Source: an uncultured Granulicella sp. (GTDB lineage: Bacteria; Acidobacteriota; Terriglobia; Terriglobales; Acidobacteriaceae). Taken from it: DNA of 64,000 bases. Made by a program: the position numbers and the translations under genes. The notes below the pieces were generated by a model. The model was not told the origin of the DNA and did no database searches. It was given only the letters and a program-made list of their open reading frames with translations. The stretch's first letter is position 1. Each line of letters begins with the position of its first letter. The stretch spans positions 1,351-65,350 of the forward strand of contig CAIZFH010000285.1 in the NCBI GenBank assembly GCA_903932155.1. The letters are read 5' to 3'. Below, in pieces: positions 7,275 to 15,804 of the stretch.

Positions 7275-10139
7275 ATGATGAACCAGCACCCTCGCACGCC
7301 AGCCCTTCGCACGCTACTCGCCACACTACTCCCCTGCACCGTTGTCGCGCTTGTGTTATCTGCGGTGTGCGGCGCACAGCCCACGGCAAAGCCCGCTGCC
7401 TCTGCGAAGGCCACAGCAGGGGTCACTGCGACAACCGTTGCACCCTCGCTTACTGCTCTGCGGGCGACCTTTGCAAATCCCCCGAGCCAGACGCGCCCGA
7501 TGGTTCGCTGGTGGTGGTTTGGCCCCGCCGTGGTGAAGCCTGAGCTCCTGCGCGAACTACAGCAGATGAAGGCAGCCGGCGTTCAGGGAGCGGAGATTGC
7601 CTTCGAATATGCCGAGGTGCTGGACGATCCGGCGAAGGGCCTGAAGAACCTTACGTTCCTATCCCCGGAGATGCTGGACGACGTGGCATACGCGCAGGCG
7701 GAGGGTCGCAAGCTGGGATTGCGCATCGACCTCACCCTCGGCTCCGGCTGGCCGTATGGTGGCCCCAATACCCCGCTGGCCGAGGCCATCACAGACATCC
7801 GAGTCACCCAGGTTCCTGTGCCTGCGGGTGCTACTTCCGTAACATTGCCCAGTCTTCGAGAGGGCGAATCGCTGATATCCGCTGACATTGCCGACGTAGT
7901 TGCAAGTTCGCCGGCACCAGTGCTCGCTCCAGCGCCAGGAGGAGGTTTAGCAGGCCGTGGCGGACGCGGCGGACGTGGCGGCGGCCCGGAGGCGGCTGCG
8001 TTTGATGCAACCTCCGCCAAACCGCTCAACGTCTCCGGCAGCACAGCCGCGGTTATAGCCGGCAACAAGCCTCGCACTGCGCTCTTCTTCATCCAGAGCC
8101 ATCCGCGAATGCAGGTGAAGCGCGCCGCCGTGGGTGCCGAGGGCTTTGTACTGGACCACTTCTCGCACGATGCCGTCTCCCACTATCTACAGAAGGTCGG
8201 GACGCCTCTGATCGGCGCATTCGGATCGACCCCGCCTTATTCCATCTTCTCCGACTCGCTAGAGGTGGGCGGCTCCGACTGGACCCCCAATCTGCCGGCC
8301 GAGTTCCTGAAGCGTCGCGGCTACGATCTGATTCCCCACCTTCCGGAGCTTGCCGCCGGAGGCAGCGTTGCCGCCGACACGGTACGCCACGACTACGGGG
8401 AGACGCTGACCGATCTGGTAAACGAGAACTACCTGACGCAGCTTACGAACTTTGCCGTTGCCCATCACACCAAGTTCCGCTCGCAAAGCTACGGAGAACC
8501 GGCAGTGGACTTCTCCAGCCAGAACATTGCTTCGCTGACCGAGGGCGAAGGACCGCAGTGGCGGGCCTTCTCCACCCTGCGCTGGGCCAGCTCCGCTAAC
8601 CATGTGTTCAACCATGTAGTCACTTCCGGCGAGACGTTTACCTGGCTTCACTCGCCGGTGTTCCGCGCCATTCCGCTGGACATGAAGGTCGAGGCCGACA
8701 TCGACTTCATCATGGGCGAAAACCAGATTTTATGCCACGGCTGGCCCTACTCTCCTCCGGACAGCGAGGTGCCTGAGCCAGGCTGGAGCCTGTACGCTGC
8801 GGCTTCGTTCAACAACCACAACCCGTGGCACCCCGTGATGCCGGCAGTGACGGCATACATCGGGCGGATGAGCTACCTGCTGCAGCAGGGCAAGCCCGCT
8901 AATCAGGTGGCCGTTCTGATGCCCACCGACGATGCGTGGGCCACCTTTGCACCGGGGCGTGCTTCTGTGACCGCTGACATGAGCCGCTATGTTACCCCGG
9001 AGTTGATGTCCACCATCCTGTCGGCTGGATATAACGTCGACTTTATCGATGCGAAGGCAATCAACAAGGTAGGCATGGGTACCCACCAGATTCTGCTGCT
9101 GCCTAGCACGGAACGCATGCCGGTGGAGACGCTGAAGAAGATTGCCGCGTACGTGGCCGGCGGCGGCAAAGCGATTGCGTATGGCCATCTGCCCACACTC
9201 ACCCCCGAAGGCAAGCCGTTGGGAGATGCGGGTGCGGACACCTCTGAAATAGCACTTATTGCCGATGCGGCCAGCCTCACCCAGGCGCTGCACAACGCCG
9301 CAAAGCCCGACTTCCAGTTCAGCGCCACCGACGACGCAACGGTCACTCATCTTGGCTTTATCCGGCGCAAGCTGGCTAACGCTGATATCTACCTGGTGGT
9401 TAACACATCGAATCAGCCCATCGATACTTCGGCAACTTTCGCCACAACGCATAAGTTTGCCGAAGAGTGGGATGTCGACAACGCGGTCGCATCCGCCGCG
9501 TCTGCAACCGGACAGAGCATCCACCTGGACGCCTATGGATCGCGCGTATTCGTGTTCAGCGACACGCGTTCAATCGCCAAGCCCTCCTCAGAACCATCGC
9601 ACCAGTTGGCTGACCTGAGCGGCGACTGGAAGGTAAACTTCGTGGGGCTTACAAAGAGCGTCCAGGAAGCGACACCCAGCGACTGGATTGCCGATCCATC
9701 GACGATTCACTACTCGGGCGAAGGCATCTATACACGGGACTTCACTCTTCCCGCTGCGCCATCCGGCCCCGTCTTCCTACAGCTAGACGGAGGCAAGGCA
9801 GAGCCTGCTCCTGCTCGCGCCACACATCTTGCAGCGTACTACGACCCGCCGATCCAGGCGGCCGGACTGGTACTCATCAACGGCAAATCGGCAGGAGCGC
9901 TATGGCACCCACCCTACCGGCTCGACATATCCAAGCTGCTGAAGCCTGGCGTGAACCACATCGAGATTGATGTGTACAACACCGCGCTGAACGCCTGGTC
10001 TGCGCTACCTCCGCACAACTATGCTCCGCTGATCGCCAAGTATGGGGACAAGTTCCAGATGCAGGACCTGAACCTGGTTGCCCCCGTTTCTTCCGGTCTG
10101 CTTGGCCCCATACACCTAATGAGCGTGGAGAGTAAATGA
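7275..10139 (+). CDS. secreted glycoside hydrolase, GH106 (alpha-L-rhamnosidase)-like
   Basis: Signal peptide from ATG 7275 (GGAGA upstream). N-terminal FANPPSQTRPMVRWWWFGP motif and C-terminal jelly-roll (LVLINGKSAGALWHPPYRLDIS). The family call is from motif memory. Contains an RGG-rich insert. Confidence 0.6.
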   Translation: MMNQHPRTPALRTLLATLLPCTVVALVLSAVCGAQPTAKPAASAKATAGVTATTVAPSLTALRATFANPPSQTRPMVRWWWFGPAVVKPELLRELQQMKAAGVQGAEIAFEYAEVLDDPAKGLKNLTFLSPEMLDDVAYAQAEGRKLGLRIDLTLGSGWPYGGPNTPLAEAITDIRVTQVPVPAGATSVTLPSLREGESLISADIADVVASSPAPVLAPAPGGGLAGRGGRGGRGGGPEAAAFDATSAKPLNVSGSTAAVIAGNKPRTALFFIQSHPRMQVKRAAVGAEGFVLDHFSHDAVSHYLQKVGTPLIGAFGSTPPYSIFSDSLEVGGSDWTPNLPAEFLKRRGYDLIPHLPELAAGGSVAADTVRHDYGETLTDLVNENYLTQLTNFAVAHHTKFRSQSYGEPAVDFSSQNIASLTEGEGPQWRAFSTLRWASSANHVFNHVVTSGETFTWLHSPVFRAIPLDMKVEADIDFIMGENQILCHGWPYSPPDSEVPEPGWSLYAAASFNNHNPWHPVMPAVTAYIGRMSYLLQQGKPANQVAVLMPTDDAWATFAPGRASVTADMSRYVTPELMSTILSAGYNVDFIDAKAINKVGMGTHQILLLPSTERMPVETLKKIAAYVAGGGKAIAYGHLPTLTPEGKPLGDAGADTSEIALIADAASLTQALHNAAKPDFQFSATDDATVTHLGFIRRKLANADIYLVVNTSNQPIDTSATFATTHKFAEEWDVDNAVASAASATGQSIHLDAYGSRVFVFSDTRSIAKPSSEPSHQLADLSGDWKVNFVGLTKSVQEATPSDWIADPSTIHYSGEGIYTRDFTLPAAPSGPVFLQLDGGKAEPAPARATHLAAYYDPPIQAAGLVLINGKSAGALWHPPYRLDISKLLKPGVNHIEIDVYNTALNAWSALPPHNYAPLIAKYGDKFQMQDLNLVAPVSSGLLGPIHLMSVESK

Positions 10140-11644
10140 GCTTAGTAGCAGAGGCAAATCGAGGTACCCCACCGCCTACCCAGAGATTGGCGAAGCGTCT
10201 AGCTTCCAAGGCGTGGGGTGCTGCGTTTTGCAGTTGGGCGCTGCTACTGCCCCTCATCCTGATGCTTCCGTCTATCGCCAGCGCTGCGAATAACACCGTC
10301 TTTGTCAATGACTTTGGAGCTAAAGGTGATGGCACTACTTTAGACACCGTTGCCATTCAGAAGACGATCGACATGGCCGCGCCCAAGAAGCAGACCGTCA
10401 GCTTCAAATCGGGAACTTACCTTACCGGGGCGATTTTTCTCAAGACCGGCGTCACGCTGGATGTTCCAGAGGGCGTCACCCTTACGGGCTCACAGAATAT
10501 CGCCGACTACCCGGAGCACGCGACGCGCATCGCCGGGATCGAGATGACGTGGCCCACGGCGATGATCAACATCCGCGACGCAAACGACGTGACGCTCACC
10601 GGCAAGGGCACCATCGACGGAAATGGGGCGGTGTGGTGGAAGGTATACAACGACCTGCGCGCCGCGTACACGCCCAAGGGCCTGCGCTGGGCCTCCGACT
10701 ACGACGCCAAGCGCGTGCGCCTCACTCTGATCCAGAATTCCTACAATGTCCACTTCGGCGGAGGCATCTCGCTGAAACGTTCCGGCTTCTGGACGATGCA
10801 GGTACTGTACTCGCACGATGTGGTGATCGACGGCGTTATCATCCGCAACAACGAAGGCGGACGCGGCCCCTCGACCGATGGCATCGACATCGACTCCTCC
10901 CACGACATCGATGTATCACACGCCGACATCGATGCCAACGACGATGCGCTGTGCCTGAAGTCCGGGCGAGACTCGGATGGTCTGCGCGTCAACCGCCCCA
11001 CCTACAACATCAAGATCCACGACTCAGTGATTCGGCGCGGGGCCGCAGCGCTCACCGTAGGCAGCGAGACCTCCGGCGGTTTCCACAACATCGAGGCGTG
11101 GAACCTGACCGCCGAATCCGGAGCGGGCAACGGAGTCCTCTTCAAGAGCGCGCACACCCGAGGCGGTACAGCCACTGACATCCGCATCCACGACCTCACT
11201 CTGACCGGCGTCGCCATTCCCATCAGCATGACAATGAACTGGAACCCCAGCTATAGTTACGCGGTGCTGCCTCCGGGCATGGATATCAAAGCTTCACCAC
11301 CCTACTGGGTACCCCTGACCACGCCGGTCTCGGATGCACAGGGCCGTCCGCACTTCTCCGGCGTACACATCTGGAACATCAAGGCCACGGGCGCGCGACG
11401 TGCGTTTTCGGTGGAGGCCTATCCGGACGCCCCACTGACCGGCTTCAAATTCGACCACCTGGATATTGAATCGGCAAGCGCAGGGTCCATAGCAGACGCC
11501 AAGGATTGGAGTTTCGCGGACGACAAGTTCACCATCACCGACGGCAGCGCGGTGAAAGTGACGGACTCGAGCAACGTCACTGGCCTGCCGGCGTCTTCTC
11601 CCCCAGTACCAGCGGCAAAGCCCATCGCAACCCCAGCTCAGTAA
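10136..11644 (+). CDS. glycoside hydrolase family 28 (polygalacturonase/rhamnogalacturonase-like)
   Basis: ATGA overlap with the upstream stop. NNTVFVNDFGAKGDGTTLDT N-terminus. GH28 blocks STDGIDID, DANDDALCLKSG, GSETSGG, LFKSAHTRGG. A TTG near 10184 is an alternative start that gives a cleaner signal peptide. Confidence 0.85.
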   Translation: MSLVAEANRGTPPPTQRLAKRLASKAWGAAFCSWALLLPLILMLPSIASAANNTVFVNDFGAKGDGTTLDTVAIQKTIDMAAPKKQTVSFKSGTYLTGAIFLKTGVTLDVPEGVTLTGSQNIADYPEHATRIAGIEMTWPTAMINIRDANDVTLTGKGTIDGNGAVWWKVYNDLRAAYTPKGLRWASDYDAKRVRLTLIQNSYNVHFGGGISLKRSGFWTMQVLYSHDVVIDGVIIRNNEGGRGPSTDGIDIDSSHDIDVSHADIDANDDALCLKSGRDSDGLRVNRPTYNIKIHDSVIRRGAAALTVGSETSGGFHNIEAWNLTAESGAGNGVLFKSAHTRGGTATDIRIHDLTLTGVAIPISMTMNWNPSYSYAVLPPGMDIKASPPYWVPLTTPVSDAQGRPHFSGVHIWNIKATGARRAFSVEAYPDAPLTGFKFDHLDIESASAGSIADAKDWSFADDKFTITDGSAVKVTDSSNVTGLPASSPPVPAAKPIATPAQ

Positions 11645-11694
11645 CCACGCTGCGAACCGCTCTCGCGTCGAGTATCCTGAGCGCAGACCGCTAG

Positions 11695-12513
11695 ATGATG
11701 CGCAAGCCCAAACTCGGCCAGCACTTTCTCGTCGACCAGACCGCGCAGCGGGCCATTGTGGACGCGTTGGGCGATATATCTGCTCGTACGGTCATCGAGA
11801 TCGGCCCGGGGCACGGAGCCATCACAACGATCCTTGCCGCACGCTGCAGACGGCTGATTGCTATTGAAGTCGATGTCGCATTGGCCGCCGAGCTGCGCTT
11901 CCGTATGCGCGCCGAATCCCACGTTGAAATTGTGGAAGCAGACGTTCTCGAAGTGGACCTCGGAGCGCTGGTGCCTGCGGGCGAGAGCGCGGATGTCGTC
12001 GGCAATCTGCCGTACTACATCACCTCGCCAATCCTGATGCGGCTGTTTGCAGCCGGAGCACGCGGACTGCTGGCGCGCGCCGTGGTGATGATGCAGCGCG
12101 AAGTGGCGGACCGGTTGAGTGCCGAGCCCGGCTGCCGTGAGTACGGCCTGCTCTCGGCAACTACACAGATCTATGCGCGCGTGGAGAGGATGTTCAACTT
12201 GCCGCCCGAGGCTTTCTCGCCGCCGCCGGAGGTATTTTCGTCTGTACTGCGATTAGAGTTTGCGTCACGCTTCCGCGAGTTGGGAGTGGATGCCGTAGGC
12301 TTCGATACATTTCTTCGCGCGTGTTTCGCGCAGAAGCGCAAGACGCTGGCGAACAATCTGCTCTCTGCGGGCCACGGAAGCGTGCGTAGCTATACGGCGG
12401 ACGAGCTGCGTGAAGTTTGGCCTGGAGAGGTTCCACCACTGGCGCGTGCCGAGTCGCTTGCCCTGGAGACGCTGGCTGCGCTGTACCGGGCACTCCGCCA
12501 AAGCGCGGAATAG
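11695..12513 (+). CDS. rsmA: 16S rRNA (adenine1518/1519-N6)-dimethyltransferase
   Basis: KLGQHFLVDQ, EIGPGHGAIT and GNLPYYITSPI are classic KsgA/RsmA motifs. Confidence 0.9.
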   Translation: MMRKPKLGQHFLVDQTAQRAIVDALGDISARTVIEIGPGHGAITTILAARCRRLIAIEVDVALAAELRFRMRAESHVEIVEADVLEVDLGALVPAGESADVVGNLPYYITSPILMRLFAAGARGLLARAVVMMQREVADRLSAEPGCREYGLLSATTQIYARVERMFNLPPEAFSPPPEVFSSVLRLEFASRFRELGVDAVGFDTFLRACFAQKRKTLANNLLSAGHGSVRSYTADELREVWPGEVPPLARAESLALETLAALYRALRQSAE

Positions 12514-12517
12514 GCAG

Positions 12518-13288
12518 CTACTGCTCGGCTTGCTGCTTCTGTGCTGGAACCAATGTCAGCAGTGCATCGGCGCGTGTGCGAGCGCGCTGCATGACTTCTG
12601 GGTCAGCGGCGATGGAGTGCAGTGTCTCCGCGATGGATTGCATTTCGATGGCATGTCCGTCTGCTACCTCGCGGCTGAAGCTCTCCAGTTCGGCGTCCAG
12701 GCCGAGCCGGTCGTAGCGATGCAGATAGTCCAGTTTGCGGCCCTCGTCCAATGTTTCGGCAATGCGCTGGAAGATATCGGTGAGGGTCTGTAGATCCTTG
12801 TTCTCAGTGTAGTTGTAGTCGCAGGAACCGATGACGCCGTTCATGCCAGTGTAGGTGAGCGTCTTCTTGCCTGTGTCGGCAACGTTCTTCGCCGCGTAGG
12901 CGCAGGCGATCTTGAAGTGATTCAGACTGCCGGCAAGAGCGAAGACCTTAGTGACAGTGGGGGGAGAGAGATGAAACATCTTCAGGCCAAATGGTTGCGG
13001 AGATGGAGAAGGATCGGCATGGCCAGCCGACATCGGCAATTCCTCGCCCGCATACGAACCCACTCCTGCATTCGTAATATCGAGGCGATAACGTGGCACT
13101 TGCAGGCCGGGACGTTCGAAACGCAACTCCACGGAATCGGGCGCTCCGTCAAAATGAGCGACCTGAACTGGAGCCCCAACTGCCGTGGGCGCGGGTGTCT
13201 TCTGCTGAGCATGCAGGTAGGCGGTGGATGATGCAGTCAAGAGCGCGGCGAGCAAAGCGACCATCATACCAAGACGACGAGATCTCAC
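12518..13288 (-). CDS. hypothetical secreted protein
   Basis: Signal peptide MRSRRLGMMVALLAALLTASSTAYLHAQQ. Start overlaps the ruvC stop by 4 nt. No family recognised. Confidence 0.6.
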   Translation of the reverse strand: MRSRRLGMMVALLAALLTASSTAYLHAQQKTPAPTAVGAPVQVAHFDGAPDSVELRFERPGLQVPRYRLDITNAGVGSYAGEELPMSAGHADPSPSPQPFGLKMFHLSPPTVTKVFALAGSLNHFKIACAYAAKNVADTGKKTLTYTGMNGVIGSCDYNYTENKDLQTLTDIFQRIAETLDEGRKLDYLHRYDRLGLDAELESFSREVADGHAIEMQSIAETLHSIAADPEVMQRARTRADALLTLVPAQKQQAEQ

Positions 13289-13794
13289 CGGTTCGCTCCT
13301 TGCAACAGCAGCGTCTGCGAGGTGTGGATGTGGCAGATGGCGATGGCGAGGGCGTCTGCTGCGTCTGGCGAGTCGGGTGGGCTGTCGAGCGCGAGCAGAC
13401 GAGTCACCATAAACTGCACCTGCTCTTTGGCGGCCAGCCCGTAGCCAGTGACCGAGGATTTTATGGAGAGCGGGGCGTACTCAGCCACAGTGAGACCGCA
13501 TGTAGCAGCGGCCAGCATTGCGACTCCTCGCACCTGGCCGAGTTTGAGCGCGGACTTGGCGTTGGCGGAGAAGAAGACCTCCTCGATGGCCACGCAATCC
13601 GGCGCATGCATCGTCATCAGCGCAGTCAACTCCCGGTAGACCTGTGCCAAGCGCAGCGGCGTTTTCTCTTTTTTATTGAGGCGAATTGTCCCGGCGACGA
13701 CGTGTACGAGCCGAGGCTCGCGCGTGGCGTAATCCATCTCCACCACGCCATAGCCGGTGTACTCCGTCCCGCAGTCAATGCCAAAGGCCCGCAT
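13285..13794 (-). CDS. ruvC: crossover junction endodeoxyribonuclease RuvC
   Basis: MRAFGIDCGTEYTGYGVV N-terminus, AIEEVFF, and a C-terminal DAADALAIAICH motif. Confidence 0.9.
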   Translation of the reverse strand: MRAFGIDCGTEYTGYGVVEMDYATREPRLVHVVAGTIRLNKKEKTPLRLAQVYRELTALMTMHAPDCVAIEEVFFSANAKSALKLGQVRGVAMLAAATCGLTVAEYAPLSIKSSVTGYGLAAKEQVQFMVTRLLALDSPPDSPDAADALAIAICHIHTSQTLLLQGANR

Positions 13795-13860
13795 GGGAGA
13801 AGTCTATCTTAGTACGAAACCAGGGGGAGAGTGACCAACAACTAACTTTGTTTATTCGGC

Positions 13861-14052
13861 TTATTTATTCTGCCAACCGTGAATAATGCTAACGAAAAAA
13901 ACTTCAATAATCCAGAAGGCCAGCGACAGCAATGCAAACACATGGAACGAATGCCATGGAATGATCTTCAGGGCCAACAGGAATACATAGGCGATATAAA
14001 TGATTTTGGTTGGTGTAAAAAGCGTAGCAGGAAACTTGCAACCTTCTACCAT
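13861..14052 (-). CDS. small hydrophobic (two-TM) protein in an AT-rich islet
   Basis: 63-aa ORF with a strong SD (GGAGGATAATC-ATG). Two hydrophobic stretches (IIYIAYVFLLALKII, FALLSLAFWIIEVFFVSII). Possible TTGCGG-N17-TATATG promoter upstream. GC roughly 40% against ~60% in the flanks. Confidence 0.55.
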   Translation of the reverse strand: MVEGCKFPATLFTPTKIIYIAYVFLLALKIIPWHSFHVFALLSLAFWIIEVFFVSIIHGWQNK

Positions 14053-14227
14053 GATTATCCTCCGTTAGAAGCTTGACGACATACCCGTTGACCGTAGGCA
14101 TATACGGGATATGTCATTATCCCGCAAGCTTTCAGCTATTTTTAAATACCTATGATCGGGAACTTACTTAGATACCATCTGAATATAAGTAGTTACGGGA
14201 TGGAGGCGAGGGAATAAATCTTACTTC

Positions 14228-14998
14228 TTACTTAGAGATACCCTGCAGCGGCGAGCTGGCGGTAGCGTAGAGACGGCGCGCCATGCGGCCTGCGAGGAAA
14301 GCCTGACGGCCCGCGAGGACACCGTGCCGCATAGCCTCGGCCATCAGAATGGGGTTGTGGGCCTCGGCGATGGCGGTGTTCATCAGTACACCATCGAAGC
14401 CAAGCTCCATGGCGAGAGTGGCATCGGAGGCCGTGCCCACGCCGGCGTCGACGATGAGCGGGACTTCGGTGATGAGTTCGCGCAGGATGCGAAGGTTGGC
14501 GGTGTTCTGTAGGCCGAGGCCGCTGCCGATAGGTGCTCCGAGAGGCATGACGGCTGCTGCGCCGGCGTCGATAAGGCGATGGGCGTAGACGATGTCGTCA
14601 GAGGTGTAGGGCAGAACGGTGAAGCCCTCCTTGACCAGTACTCGGGTGGCCTCCAGTGTGGCCTGAATGTCGGGATAGAGAGTTGGTTTATCGCCGATGA
14701 CCTCAATCTTGACCCAGTCGGAGAGTCCCACTTCGCGACCGAGACGTGCCGCGCGAATCGCCTCGTCCGCCGTGAAACAGCCTGCGGTGTTGGGAAGCAG
14801 AAAGTAGCGCTTGGGATCGATGTAGTCGAGTAGCGACTCGGAGGAACGGTCGAGGTTGACACGGCGCACGGCTACTGTGACCATCTCCGCACCAGAAGCC
14901 TCGATGGCGGCCTTGGTCTGGGGACCATCCTTGTATTTCCCTGTTCCAACTATGAGGCGAGAGTTGAAGGTGCGACCTGCGATGACGAGAGATTCCAT
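14228..14998 (-). CDS. thiG: thiazole synthase
   Basis: [23 protein letters not shown] and [13 protein letters not shown] motifs; typical length of 256 aa. Confidence 0.92.
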   Translation of the reverse strand: MESLVIAGRTFNSRLIVGTGKYKDGPQTKAAIEASGAEMVTVAVRRVNLDRSSESLLDYIDPKRYFLLPNTAGCFTADEAIRAARLGREVGLSDWVKIEVIGDKPTLYPDIQATLEATRVLVKEGFTVLPYTSDDIVYAHRLIDAGAAAVMPLGAPIGSGLGLQNTANLRILRELITEVPLIVDAGVGTASDATLAMELGFDGVLMNTAIAEAHNPILMAEAMRHGVLAGRQAFLAGRMARRLYATASSPLQGISK

Positions 14999-15013
14999 GA
15001 GGGAAGTTTACTA

Positions 15014-15041
15014 GGTTCGAGGTTCAAGGTTCGAGGGAAAG
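15014..15041 (+). repeat. heptad microsatellite GGTTCGA GGTTCAA GGTTCGA GGGAAAG
   Basis: Direct reading: 7-nt period with a purine-rich tail. In complement orientation it lies within the thiG leader. Confidence 0.8.
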
Positions 15042-15077
15042 ACAAAAACACAAAACCCGCACCAGTGTAGCGCGGGC
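15042..15077 (-). terminator. intrinsic terminator-like hairpin upstream of thiG (minus strand)
   Basis: Minus-strand RNA CCCGCGCU-ACACU-GGUGCGGG (8 bp including 2 GU pairs) followed by UUUUGUGUUUUUGU. Lies 44-80 nt upstream of the thiG ATG. Confidence 0.55.
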
Positions 15078-15215
15078 TTTGCGGCGGTGAACTGTTGAGA
15101 TTGACCTGAGGCGTCCTAACTCAGACGGGCCTCGGCGCGGAAGTACTGCGAACGCCTGGACTAGAGCAGGACGCTCTAAGCCTCAGTCACCTCACGAAGC
15201 GTTGTGCAACTGTTG
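15078..15215 (-). promoter_or_regulatory. structured leader or small RNA candidate upstream of the thiG-proximal terminator
   Basis: Long-range pairing CUGAGG..GCGUCC with GGACGC..CCUCAG (15106-15116 with 15169-15186) encloses further GC-rich helices. No coding potential. Confidence 0.3.
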
Positions 15216-15364
15216 CTGTCAATTTTCATAGGCTGGACCATCCTCCTTTCCCGTGTAGGAAGAATGTATCGCCGATATTGTGGAAAAGCAAGTATGCGAC
15301 TCGCACGGACCGATGATTAAGCATCGTATGGAATGGCTGTTGCATCTTGAGCCGGGAGGCACGA

Positions 15365-15583
15365 ATGAAACCTTTAACCATTGTTGGATTACTACTGATT
15401 GTGCTCGGCATCCTCGGATTTGCCCTGGGCGGCGTGAGTTATACGCATGAGAAGCAGGACGCAAAGATCGGGCCGCTGGAGATCGACCATCAGTCGACGA
15501 ATACGATACCTATTCCACCGGTACTAAGCGGGATAGCGCTGGTAGGTGGAATTGCGCTGGTAATAGTGGGGAGTAAAGGCTGA
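15365..15583 (+). CDS. small two-TM membrane protein
   Basis: ATG 15365 preceded by GGGAGG. MKPLTIVGLLLIVLGILGFALGG and LSGIALVGGIALVIVG are hydrophobic helices. Confidence 0.65.
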   Translation: MKPLTIVGLLLIVLGILGFALGGVSYTHEKQDAKIGPLEIDHQSTNTIPIPPVLSGIALVGGIALVIVGSKG

Positions 15584-15804
15584 GACGTACCGAGGAGACT
15601 GACATGGGGGCCCATATTTGAGTTGGCATATACCCTATGGGGATATGTTATATTGCCTCAGATGGCGAGAAGCAAGCCGTCGTACAACAAATTAGGGCGG
15701 CACATTTCAGGATGACTGTTTGCACCCCATTCATACGGCTCAGTCCGGATAAAGACTGGATGCTATCTCTCCCCTGGCTATATAAGACACAGGCAGCTCT
15801 GCTG

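Noticed and set aside
13879-14076. 65-aa plus-strand ORF in the AT-rich islet
   Set aside because: It is antisense to the minus-strand 63-aa ORF, which has a strong SD and TM helices. The plus-strand ORF has no SD and a hydrophilic low-complexity sequence.
15011-15037. tRNA or tRNA fragment suggested by GGTTCGA / GGTTCAA T-loop-like strings
   Set aside because: There is no acceptor stem, D-arm or anticodon arm. The strings are simply units of the 7-nt tandem repeat. No other tRNA-like cloverleaf was seen in any intergenic region.
15014-15041. CRISPR array interpretation of the short repeats
   Set aside because: The units are 7 nt and directly abutting, with no spacers and no cas genes in the window.
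14999-15220. TPP (thi-box) riboswitch upstream of thiG
   Set aside because: I looked on the thiG-sense strand for GGGGUGC..CUGAGA..ACCC..ACCUGAUCUGGAUAAUGCCAGCG and found no convincing match. A weak UGAGA..ACCUGA resemblance exists only on the opposite strand, where no thiamine gene follows. I kept it only as an unclassified structured leader.
15623-15656. Shared motif GGCATATAC...GGGATATGT(C/T)AT between the porin upstream region and the AT-rich islet (14097-14125)
   Set aside because: Only two copies exist, with an indel, in AT-rich promoter-like DNA. This could be chance similarity of -10/-35-like sequences, and the evidence is insufficient to call a regulatory site.
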